NCBI RefSeq assembly: GCF_032444005.1
Contig: NC_091284.1
Span: forward strand, 133,982,001-134,046,000
DNA: 64,000 nt
Direction of reading: 5' to 3'
DNA from: Ranitomeya imitator
Lineage: Eukaryota
Of this stretch, positions 49,535 to 61,251 are shown one piece after another; within the stretch, counting starts at the first letter, position 1, and each line of letters begins with the position of its first letter. The translations under genes were made by a program, and so were the position numbers. The notes under the pieces are model-generated. The model was given only the letters and a program-made list of their open reading frames with translations. It did no database searches and was not told the origin of the DNA.

Positions 49535-51321
49535 ACCATTTAGGGGGCAGAGCCACAGACACAATATGGGCGGAGCCTCGCGACTTCCATGAATAGGCCC
49601 AAGACAGGGCCTAAATTTCTGCAGCTGGCAAGAGCAATACCAGGGGTAGAATAGAAGGGCATTGGGCCGGGAAAACCGAACGCTCCCATGCCAGACAGAA
49701 AACCCCAAAAAGGATGGGCGGAGCCGCCTTAACGTGCCATAGTGCGGGCGCGACTTCTGGGATGCGGCCTACACATCGGCCGAAGCCGGGAGCTAAATTT
49801 TTGCAGCCGGCCGGAGCATTACCTTATGGAGGTGGGCAACAGGGAAGCCATGTTATTATCCTACTGCAGGGGCCCATCGCCTACTGGATCCACTCACCAT
49901 TGGTGCGCGTTCCGGCATGGAGCCGACCACGGATGACTGGGATTCAGCGCCAAGGAAAGTGCGCACTGTGCTGTTCTGCTGCAGGTTAGGTATTGCAGCG
50001 TGGACAGTGCAGGGATAAAGCAATAACCCTCAATCCATCATAACTCTTGTTAGGGAGGTGGAGAGGAACCGTCCGCCTCCTTGGGCCATCCGCTTTAACA
50101 GTGGTGGTACAGTAGGGGCTGCTCGGACGCCAAAAAGAAGGAGCCTCTGTAAATCCACAGACTTCAAGGATCCGGGTGGGCTGGGCAAGTTGTCTGGCAA
50201 TAGGCCTGGCTCCAGGAGAGGATACATAGAGGCAACACTCCATGTGCTCTCTCGTTGCTGGTGTGGAGAGATCGGGACCCGAAGGAACAGTCGCCCCTAA
50301 AGTGAGCTCAGGCACGGCTTCCCACGTCGCAGGAGAGGGTACAGGGAGGTGACACTCCGTGTTCTCACCTGTTGATGGTTCGGGGGAGATCGGAACCTTG
50401 AAAGGATCTGTCGCCCCCTTCACTCCGTTAATAAACATTTAAAAAAAATTTTTTTTACAGAAAAGTAAAAAATAAAATAAAAACGATGGGGTCTGAACCA
50501 GACCAAAGTGCCTCGGCCTCCTACAGACACTAAGCAAGAACTGGTTAGCAGAGAGCCAGCAGGAGGGTGTATACTGCAGGGGAGGAGCTGAGAGCCAGCA
50601 GGAGGGTGTATACTGCAGAGGAGGAGCTAATTTTTTTTGTATCACTTAGTGTCAGCCTCCTAATGGCAGCAGCATACACCCACGGTCTGTGTCCCCCAAT
50701 GAATGGCTCGGAGAAAAGGATTTTACGGTGAGTACACAAACATCCCTATTTTACAAAAATCACTTATTTTCTCCATATTCTGAATGATATTGCTTTTTTT
50801 TATTCTTCCATCAACAGAGACAAGTGAGGTCTTGTTTTTTTGCTAGACAAGTTGACTCTTTCAGTAGTATAATTTATTCTATCATATCACTGTGTCCCCC
50901 AATGAGGCGAAGGAGAAATATGTTAATTAGTGAGCAAAATAAGCAAAACATTAAAAAATCCTACATAAATCGGTTATCATTGTAATGGTACTGAACCAAA
51001 AGACTAACCACACATTGAACGGCATACAAAAAATAAAATAAAAACAATTCATGAATTGCTATTCTTGCTCATTCTACCTGACAAACTAAGAAAGAAAAGC
51101 AATCGAAAAATGTTTTGTTCCCCAAAATGGTACTCAAAAAATCGTCAACTGGAAATTTACAAATCTAGAATGTTGCCTCAATTTAAATTAAGAGTTTGGA
51201 AACTATTTGGCACAATATTATCAAAACTAATTGTACTATGTGGCTATGTATTAGTTAACCTTGAGGTAGGAAGATGTGCTACACAGAAAATACCATATAT
51301 ATGGGGAAATTATATACTCAC

Positions 51322-51412
51322 ATTCTGAACAGAATCATTTTTGTCCGGCTCATCAAGGCTTTGCAGATCAAACAGCACTAAGCCATGAGGATAGATTCTC
51401 ACAGTTGCAAAA
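51322..51412 (-). CDS. SMS: Spermine synthase internal exon (orthologue of human exon 3), 91 nt
   Basis: Minus strand: ttttctctttcAG|T TTT GCA ACT GTG AGA ATC TAT CCT CAT GGC ... CAG AAT|GTGAGT, translating FATVRIYPHGLVLFDLQSLDEPDKNDSVQN; matches recalled vertebrate SMS FANLRIYPHGLVLLDLQS. Ends on a codon boundary, in phase with the next exon. Confidence 0.93.
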
Positions 51413-51791
51413 CTGAAAGAGAAAATACAGAGAAATATATGGCAGCATTATTCACAGATATCGTGTTTAACACAACGCGCCATCCTACGACCCTTTAGCA
51501 CAATGGTAATATCAAAGCAGACTCTAAAAAGAGAGCAATGGCTGTAAAGTCTACAATATTTTCTAGGCTTTGGTTACAATTACTCAATGCCAGCAGGCTG
51601 CTGACAAAGCACAATGCTTTTTTGTTCTGTGCATTTCAAACCTCTGTGTAATTCTACTGGAGGCCAATGTCACATGACTATTAGATATTAAGGAAATTTG
51701 CTTAGTAAAAACAAAAATGAATCCAGTTAAAACATCACAATACTCGCACGTTGTGAAAGATTCCCAGCCTTGTGACTACACTATAGACTAT

Positions 51792-52427
51792 GGGCCTGAT
51801 TCATCAAGACTGGAGTTCATGTTGGTTTTAATGAGGAGGTGTACTGGAGTCAGATACTTCTGATTCACGGACAAGTGGTGTACCCCTCGGTGTGTGCCAT
51901 GTAACAAATCTTACTAAACTAAGACTTGTGAACACCGGCACTAGTCATGAATTTGATGAGCGGCAGTCGTCGCGGCCCCATCCACTTTATCGGAGCTGGG
52001 TGAAAATGGCTTGCATACAATAAAAGTCACAATTTTAGTGCAGCCTTGAGTTGCATCAAAATGATGTGACATTTTAAGCATGTGTGTTGCAAATGTTATA
52101 CAGAAAACGGGCATATGTGCCAATTCATCAAGCAGTTTTTAACAGTTTTCTCCTTGAAATGTTGCAAAATTTTTATGCAACTTTTGGATATTTTATTCGA
52201 GGCCCGGCCAGCTCCAACACACTTTGGAAAATTGGGAGGAACTCAGCTAAGAGGAAGCATGGCCAAGAATCTCAAACAAATTAATCATAATTTACACCAC
52301 TAAAATTAGGTAAAACTACAACAGAAATGTACTCCGGTCCTCGACTTGAGTACATTCTTTGCCGTGGAAAACAGCAGCTAAAAGATACAACAGATTCATT
52401 CAGAGGAGCTACTTAATGAATTTGCCA
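51792..52427. mobile_element. Decayed MITE (GGCCTGATTCATCAA-type termini)
   Basis: GGGCCTGATTCATCAAGA ... TTAATGAATTTGCC imperfect TIRs. Confidence 0.4.
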
Positions 52428-53945
52428 CATCAGAGCCATACAATCTTGTCATTGGCTAACATTAACCCTACTGCTCACACACCTCATTGGTAGAATGTAG
52501 AGTATTGCTTTTCAGAATCATCAATTCCCCAAAAATATAGGTATTCTAATTATTCCCAGGTATTTAATAAGGCACACAGCAAGAATAACTTGGGGGTAGT
52601 TCGTAATTTACAGCAACTAGTAATCTGTTAATAGATCATAGACTATATTTTTAGTGTAATAAAATGAATAAAAATACCTAATAAAAGAGATTAAAGTCTA
52701 ATAAAAAACAAACAAACTGTAATTGCTCATGGGTCGGCATTCTCCAGGAAAGCGCCAAAGCTTCCACTAGAATTAGCCGACACCAGTTGCATTTTCTTAC
52801 ACTGTATTTCTTGGACTACTTTGTACTCAAGCTGACATATTTGTGTGTCTAGCAGCCGGAGCGAGGTGTGGATTGTTTTCGGCCTTCCTTCCACTTAAAC
52901 ATGGGTGCGTCTTATCATGAAGTGCATCTGAGAGTTCAAGAAATAAATATATTGTTTCCAGAAATAAATGTCCTTTAAAAAAAAACAAAACAAAAAAAAA
53001 AAAACAATGTACCGTAACTTGTATCATTTTCATCTATTCTCCAAAATCCCAAACTATTTTCAGCTGGACAGGAACAATCAAACAATAGGCAACAATGCAA
53101 TTCCTATGATGAAAAATAAATGTAACTATCAAAGGGGAGAGCCAGACATAAGAGATAAAGGGTTAATCCTGCTAGGGAGGGGGCTCATTGTCTCAGACCC
53201 CTGTGATCCTGATCGTGGAGAAACTGCAGAAATGATTACATGATGCTACACCCTTCTAAGCTTTCAGAGCACAGCGGTGCTGGCAGCCACTTGTCTGTGC
53301 AGTGAACTAGTCCAGCACCGCGGGTGACCAGAACACCATTATACACCAGTTTAAAAAAAAGAAAAAAAAAAAAAAAAGAAGGTGGCATAGCGCTGCACCA
53401 GTGCGCTTCATTGCCAAAATCACTAGTCCATCATAAAGCGCAGATTCATAAAATAGAATACTTCCTTTAGCCCCTTGCCTCTGCAGCCAGTTTACATTCT
53501 AAATTTCTATTTTATCCTCCTCTTCTTCCAAAAGCCACCATTTTTGATTATTTTTCCATCCACAAAGCTTTATGACAGCTCATTTTTTGACAGACGAGTT
53601 GTAAACAGAAAAAATTATTCCAAGTGAGGTGAAATGGTAAAAAAAAAAAAAAAAAAAAATCTGCCATTGTTTTTCTTTTTTAAAATGTTTCCAGTGTTTA
53701 TTGTATGGTAGAAATGACCTAGTAACACAATTCTACGGATTAGTACAATTACGGCGATACCAAATTTGATTACTTCTTTATTTGAATCTGGGAAAAAAAA
53801 ATCAAATTTGTAGAAATAAACGTCATTGTGAGTCGCCAGTTTCTGAGACCAGTCAACTTTTTATTTTTCCTGTCAGTTTAGTGTGGGCTTGTTTTTTTTA
53901 CTGATTAAATACACACGCGGTCAAAATTGTTGGTACCCCTCAATT

Positions 53946-54670
53946 AACGGGAACCCATCACCCCGAAAATCGATGGTGAGGTAAGCCCACCGGCATCAGG
54001 GGCTTATCTACAGCATTCTGTAATGCTGTAGATAAGCCCCCGATGTTACCTGAAAAAGGAGAAAAAGACGTTATATTATACTCACCCAGGGGCGGTCCCG
54101 CTGCTGGTCAGGTCAGATGGGCGTCTCTGGTCCGCTCCGGCGCCTCCCATCTTCATTACAAGACGTCCTCTTCTGATCTTCAGCCACGGCTCCGGTGCAG
54201 GCGTACTTTGCTCTGCCCTGTTGAGGGCAGACAAAGTACTGCAGTGCGCAGGCGCCAGGCCTCTGACCTTTCCGGTGCCTGCGCACTGCAGTACTATCCT
54301 CTGCCCTCAAGAGGGCAGAGCACATGTCTGTGCTATATACTGCGTGGGCTATGCTATATACTATATGGGCTGTTATATATACTACATGGCTGTTCTATAT
54401 ACTACGCGGGCCGTGTTATATATACTACGTGGGCTGTTATGTGCTACGTGGGCTGTGTTATATACTACATGGCTGTTCTATATACTACGTGGGCTGTGCT
54501 GTATACTATATGGGCTGTTATATGCTACGTGGGCTGTGCTACATACTACGTGGCTGGATTATATACTACATGGCTGCGTTATATGCAATCATGAATCGTG
54601 GTATGTGTTAAAGGGGGGGCCCACTGAGACTCTTTTGCCCGGGGCCCTCAAAAACCTGGAGCCGGCCCTG
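53946..54670. mobile_element. Chimeric insert: T2-MITE-like left part plus hAT-like right end with minisatellite
   Basis: Right end CCTGGAGCCGGCCCTG (hAT-like TIR) at 54670; internal palindrome about 54190-54320. Confidence 0.55.
54330..54590. repeat. About 19-20-bp minisatellite (TATATACTACGTGGGCTGTG), about 13 copies
   Basis: Direct reading; source of the low-complexity Tyr/Cys-rich ORFs 54043..54757. Confidence 0.9.
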
Positions 54671-54918
54671 TATGTAGTTCAGAAATGTAAGATCCATGAG
54701 ACTGTAGCCAACCTCCCTGGATGTGGCCGCAGGAGGAAAATTGATGACCAATCATAGAGACTGATAATACGAATGGTAACAAAAGAACCCAGAAAAACTT
54801 CTAAACAGATTAAAGGTGAACTTCAAGCTCAAGGAACAATCAGTGTCAGATCGCACCATCCGTCGTCGTATGAGCCAAATTAGACTTCATGGGAGACGAC
54901 CAAGGAGGACATTGCTAA

Positions 54919-55335
<417 letters not shown>

Positions 55336-55828
55336 TGAGGATAACATTGGACTGTTCTGAAGTGGCCTTCTATGAACCCTGACCTAAATCCTATTGAGCA
55401 TCTTTGAAGGTTGCCTTCTCCAGATGGCATGTTTCAGCTCTTTCCAAACACAAGACAACTGGAGCAGTTTGCTCTTGAGGAGTGGGCAAAAATACCTGTC
55501 AAGAGGTGCAGAAGTCTCATTGACAGTTACAGGAATAATTTAATTGCAGTGATTGCCTCAAAAGGTTGTGCAACAAAATATTAAGTTAAGGGTACCATCA
55601 TTTCTGTCCAGGCCTATTTCATGAGGTTTATTTATTTTTTTATTCTGTGGAAGCATGGTTGAAAAGCAATGTCTGACTTTCATTTGTTCATTTTCAGAGT
55701 TTTTTTTATTTATTATTACTTTTGTCAGATTCAAGTTATTTCTTTGACCATTGTGCGGTTTTCTGTCATTAAACGAGGGGTACCAACAATTTTGACCATG
55801 TGTGTAACAGTTTTAATAGCAATTTTAA

Positions 55829-56980
55829 CCCCTTCAAGACCTTGCTTTTTTCAGTTTTTGCGTTCTCGTTTTTTCGCGCCCCTCCTTCCCAGAGCCATAA
55901 GTTGTTTTTTTTTCCGGCAATACGGCCATGTGAGGGCTTGTTTTTTGTGGAACGAGTTGTACTTTTGAACGATTCCATTAGTTTTACCATATCATGTACT
56001 GGAGAACAGAAAATAAATTCAAAGTGTAGTGAAATTGCAAAAAATTGCAATCCCACACTTGTTTTTTGTTTATCTTTTTTGCTCGGTTCACTAATGCTAA
56101 AACTGACCTGCATTATGATTCTTTCGAGTTCATAGACACCAAACATGTCTAGGTTACGTTTTATGTAAGTGGTAAAAAAAAATTCCAAACTTTGCTAAAA
56201 AAAAATTTTTTTTACCCAATAGCCGTAGCGTCTCTATTTTTTGTAATCTCGGGTTGAGTGAGGCCTTATTTTTTGCGTGCCAAGCTGACGTTTTTAATGA
56301 TACCATTTTGGTGCAGATACGTTCTTTTGATCGCCCGTTAATGCAGTTTAATGCAATGTCGCGGCGACAAAAAAAAAGTTATTCTGGCGTTTCAATTTTT
56401 TTTCCTCGCTACGCTGTTTAGCGATCAGGTTAATGCTTCTTTTTATTGATAGATCGGGCAATTCTGAACGCAGCGATACCAAATGTGTAGGTTTGAATTT
56501 ATTGTTTTATTTTGAATGGGGCGAAAGGGGGGTGATTTAAAAACTTAACTTTTTTTTTTTTTTTTAACTTTTGCCATGCTTCAATAGCCTCCATGGGAGG
56601 CTAGAAGCTGGCATAGCCTGATCGGCTTTGCTACATTGCAGCGATCATCAGATCGCTCTTATGTAGCTGAATTGCAGGCTTGCTATGGGCGCCGACCACA
56701 GGGTGGCGCTCACAGCAAGCCAGCATCAGTAACCATAGAGGTCTCAAGGAGACCTCTGGTTACTATACAGACGCATCGCTGACCCCCGATCATGTGACGG
56801 GGGTCGGCGATGCATTTCCGGCCACAATCGCCGGTTAAATGCCGCTGTCAGCGTTTCACAGCGGCATTTAACTAGTTAATAGCAGTGGGTGGATCGCGAG
56901 TTCACCCACCGCTATTGCGGGCACATGTCAGCTGTTCAAAACAGCTGACATGTCCCGGCTTTGATGCGGGCTCACATCAA
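55829..56980. mobile_element. Large TTAA-type (piggyBac-like) non-autonomous repeat fragment
   Basis: TTAA|CCCCTTCAAGACC terminus; inverted homologue of 9860-11012. Confidence 0.7.
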
Positions 56981-56999
56981 AGCAGGGGATCCGACCTCC

Positions 57000-57894
57000 G
57001 CTTTTTCCCCGACACCGTACTGGACTCCTTACTGTGTTGGGACCTTTGGCGTTCTTTACTGGTGGTGTCCTGGTATCCTTTCTGTTGTCGCCATTTTTGC
57101 TGCTGCGGCGACGCTGCTATAGGTGGTGGTGATTCTGGCAGGGGTGATGCCGGGTTGCTCATACTGCTGCTGGTCTGCGGACGCTGCCCTAATGATGCGC
57201 GCTGCGCTGGTGCTGCGGCGACTAGTAGCTCCTGAGGCTCCTGCTGATAATACTGCAGAGCCACTGGGAGATTGTAACTACTCCCATTTAAAGATTTCCC
57301 GCCTGCGCAGATGCTCCATCCTCGGCGCCCGAGCGGCAGTCAACCGCCGGCGTCTGCGCAGAAGCACCCTGCCGCATCGCGAGACCAGCAATTCCCGGGC
57401 ATGCGCCGTACTTTCAAGATGGCACCCGGGAGTGCAGATATGGTGCTGCTGACCGGGGCTCCCGGTCCTATGCATACCCCTAATGCGCAGCTCTGCACGC
57501 CAGGTGGCGGTACAGTGTGCAGACTGACGCATTGTTTGGGAGGGCCGCGCCGCTCCTCCAGCAACCACAGAGGGACCCCCCTGGATGTTGCCGCTGCTGC
57601 ATCTTACCTGGGGAGGTGACCGCAAACTCGTCACCTCCCCTGCATACCCTAGAGGCCCACTAGCCCCCAGCGGTGGCGCTTCGGGTAACCACCCCAGCCG
57701 AGGCAGAGGGACCCCAGCTGCCTGAATCGGACTGGTTGGCCCCGGAATCCCACGTCGATCTGGTAAGTCCGTAGGTCTCCCATCAAGGACAGGAAACCAA
57801 CTGATGCGGGAGAGTGGTACCGCCTTTTTAGCTGTACCTGTCCTTGGTGGGCAGATCCCCTCTCTACGTGGTGCCGTCATGGGCGACAGAGAAA
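57000..57894 (-). mobile_element. 5' fragment of a third DIRS1-like element (DIRS-C)
   Basis: Minus-strand start TTTCTCTGTCGCCCATGACGGCACC resembles DIRS-A TTTCCCTTCCCCATGACAGCACC; same ITR stem-loop; GC-rich gag-like sequence; no pol region. Confidence 0.65.
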
Positions 57895-57911
57895 ATTTTA
57901 TATATATTATA

Positions 57912-57980
<69 letters not shown>

Positions 57981-58323
57981 TTTTTTTTTATTATTATGAA
58001 TTATACAATTATCGATTTTTAACAATTCAGTGCATTCTATTATCCTTTCAAAACAAGGACATTTCTTTAATCCTTTTGTTTTCTGAAAATACCGTATATA
58101 TTTTTAGTAAAATGGAGAAACCGGAAAATGTGGCCTCATAGCAGGTTGGTCCAAGAGATATTCAGAGCAGAGCAAATTAATGATTTCACACATAATTTTG
58201 TCATCGATCGATTCCGGAACCATTATTTGGGTAAATGATATTATTTTACATCATGCATTCTCATTCAAGTTTTCCTTTTGTTATGATGACAATGTGCATG
58301 TTAATCGCATTCCTCTCATTTAA

Positions 58324-58662
58324 GGCTATGTGCACACGTTCAGGTTTTTTTGCGGTTTTTTTTTTCGCTATAAAAACGCATACATATGCATCCCATCATT
58401 TATAATGCATTCCGCAATTTTTGTGCATTTTTCGTGGAAAAAAACGCATCGCGATAAAAAACGCAGCATGTTCATTAATTTGGCAGATTTCCCACTATAT
58501 TATTGCATTGGGAACCCCCGGGAAATAAGGCAAAAAATCCGCCAAAAAAAAAAAAAGTGCAAAAAAAACAAAACAAAAAAAAACGCATGCAGATTTCTTG
58601 CAGAAAATGTCCGGTTTTGTTCAGGAAATTTCTGCTAGGAATCCTGATGTGTATATATAGCC
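58324..58662. mobile_element. Harbinger-like MITE, complete
   Basis: TAA|GGCTATGTGCACACGT ... TGTGTATATATAGCC|TAA. Confidence 0.8.
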
Positions 58663-59553
58663 TAATAAAGACTAAGTCCAATAACATGACCGCTGCATTT
58701 ACCGAGTGCCCCGGGCCCTGTTGGCCACTGCATCTAGGTGGCAAGAGCTGCGGAGCAGAATTCTCCAAGCATCTTACAACAAGAGGTAAGCATGTCGGCT
58801 TAGTCCACTTCTCATGGGAGAGAGTCTTCTGCACTCTTCTGTACAATAAATTAATGACACCCTTTTGGTCTCCCGTCTGACTGCTGGAATCGGCACTGAT
58901 CAGCAGAGCAAGGAACTTTTATCTCAGATGGAATGGGACAGAAGAGCGCATGCTTGAGCTACATTCATTACCTATCAGAATGTCAAGTGTTGCACTCTGC
59001 TCTTTCTGGCAGCCCCATAAGGAACAAATGGAGTGGCGTTCGAGTGTCTGAAATAACATTCCATTTTGTAGCAAGAATAAAAATTCACCATTCTGACGAT
59101 CGAGTCCCAGTATTCGGGAACTTACCGATCAATGAGTTTTCGCCTATCCTTTGGATAGGCGATAAAGGGCTTGTCCGGCAAAAACAAGTTAAGACTGCCT
59201 AGACTCCTTCTCTCTTCACATATGCATGCACAGCCTCCCATTTTCTAATTTATGAAAGCACCGTATAGCTATAATTTAATCTACTTTGTAATCCAAATGA
59301 ATCTGGGATCAAGCCGCGCAGATCGGTGGGGTGGTGTAGTTATGACAGAAGGCAGATTTACTTGATACAACAGCTTTGTCCTTGCCACCAATTCCTATCC
59401 TGATTACTGGAGTGACAGTAAAGACTGAACGTTTGATATACTCCTTCACATGAAGCCTAGAGAAACATCACAAATAGGGAAAAAAATTCCTGAAGATGTT
59501 TAGAAATGATCAGTTTTCGCCAAGGGAACAATCTATGTGGAACCTTCTTCTAA

Positions 59554-60660
59554 GGCCCCTTTCACACATCCGTGTATCCGGTACGTGTGGGGACAGTTTT
59601 GACACGTACCGGAGACACGTGCACGTGTGTGTTTCCACGGACCGTGTGTCTGTGGGCAAAACATTCTGGTATGTCCGTTTTTTGCCATCAGCACAGACAA
59701 CACCAGCTGAGATCGTTTGGAAATTAATGAAAAATCCGACGCGAGTTCCCCCCTATTTTATTAACTAACCAGACAAAACTCACAGCTGGGGGCTGCAACC
59801 CCCAGCTATCAGCTTCTGCAATGTTGATTATCAAGAATAGAGGGGTCCCCATGCTGTTTTTTTTTTATTTTAATTAAATAAATGATTTAAAAACACGGCG
59901 TGGGGTCCAACCCCATTTTTGCCAACCAGCCTTGCTAAAGCTCACAGCTGGGGGCTGCTATTCTCAGACTGGTAAGGGGCCATTGTTATAGCCCCCCCCC
60001 CCCCCAGCTGCCAAAAAAAGGCGCATCTATTAGATGCGCCTCTTCTGGCGCTTTGCTCGCCTCTTCCAACTTGCCCTGTAGAGGTGGCAAGTGGGGTAAT
60101 ATTTGTGGGGCTGGTATCACCTTTCAGGTGATATCAAGCCCACGTCTTCGTAATGGAGAGGCGTCTATAAGACACCTATCCATTACTAATCCTATAGTTG
60201 TAATGTTAAATAAAGACACAGCCAGAATAAGGTCTTTAATTTAAAAAAATTACAGACACCTTTAATGTTCTAAATTAAACCATACTTACTGTAGCACCTA
60301 ATTCCCCGATGCCCTCGATCTCCTGTAATAAAAGTAAAACAAACCAACAATATACCATACCATCCGTCGTTGTGTCCCACGCTGTAATCCAAGTCTGGGG
60401 GCTAAATAGTTTTCAACCAGGAAGGTGCAGAGAGCGCAGCATCATTCACCAGCGGTGACATCATCACGGCCGGGCTAAACCGAGGTGACCTTTGGACCGT
60501 GGGAAAAAGACGGTGATGATGTCACCGCTGGTGAATGATGCTGCGCTTTCTGAAGCTCATTCATCAGTGGGTTTTCAGCAGGGACAGTCACATCTTGGCA
60601 CCGTCCTGGTTGAAAACTATTTAGCCCCCAACCAAAACAAATACACGCTCAGCCAAAAGG
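59554..60660. mobile_element. Composite MITE-type repeat (Harbinger-like left end)
   Basis: TAA|GGCCCCTTTCACAC start; internal similarity to 30700-31100 in inverted orientation; internal hairpin 60440-60545; right end unclear. Confidence 0.5.
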
Positions 60661-61251
60661 ATCATGCATGCGTATTGGGAGGTTACGAGACATAGCAGCT
60701 CACAGGGGTATTAAGTGTATGCATCTTAACGAAAGGCATTAGGTTGTTTGTTGGGTTTATGTATGTCACATAATTTAGATTCATCCTAGTTTATGTAAAT
60801 TTTGATATGAAATAACTATGGTAAATAAGGGGAAAAAGAACACGTCGGAACTTTCTGAAAAGTTTATACAAGTTGTATGAGAATAAACGTGGGCTAATAG
60901 GTTAATATCACAGAGCACTATCATCTAAATTGCATGAATGAAGACATTACCTAGTCAAGTTTTGGGGTAAAAAAAAAAAAAAAAATAAAAAATCAGTTCC
61001 CTATATGGATGTCTTTAATCCTGGTTTGTACAAATATATCCGTTATTACTGCAAAGTGAAAATGGAGTAAGCATGGAAGGAGCAGCACAAATGATATCCT
61101 TGGAGATTAGCTTTCCTTAGCAGTTCATAAAATAGCAGCCGATTGTCTTGAGCTAACAGGAAGATGCAATCTAATCCGCAAATCAATTCAAGGTCACGTT
61201 GTAGGGTTGAGCATGAAAACTTGCAACAAATACTAGCCCCAAATAGCATTT

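Larger units (their letters stand above)
45029..50918 (-). mobile_element. Near full-length DIRS1-like element with ITRs and ICR, decayed (DIRS-B)
   Basis: Inverted terminal repeats about 45047-45185 and about 50535-50710; internal complementary region about 45270-45360 matching both ends; frameshifted RT (47361..47891, 47479..47706 DIRVAYLHIPIFP), RNase H (TTDAS about 47090), methyltransferase-like (46627..46881 HIPGVHLWAVDFFS..DVDRMASKLN), YR remnants 45345-46000. Confidence 0.92.

Noticed and set aside
54043-54757. Tyr/Cys-rich ORFs of 178-183 aa
   Set aside because: Translation of the 20-bp minisatellite and MITE palindrome.
57278-57880. 200-aa GC-rich ORF as a host gene or CpG-island promoter of SMS
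   Set aside because: Lies within a DIRS 5' ITR/gag fragment; no SMS exon 1 peptide (MAAARHSTLDF-like) found.
59362-59456. 95-nt AG..GT-bounded segment as candidate SMS exon 2
   Set aside because: No similarity to the SMS exon 2 peptide and wrong length and phase.
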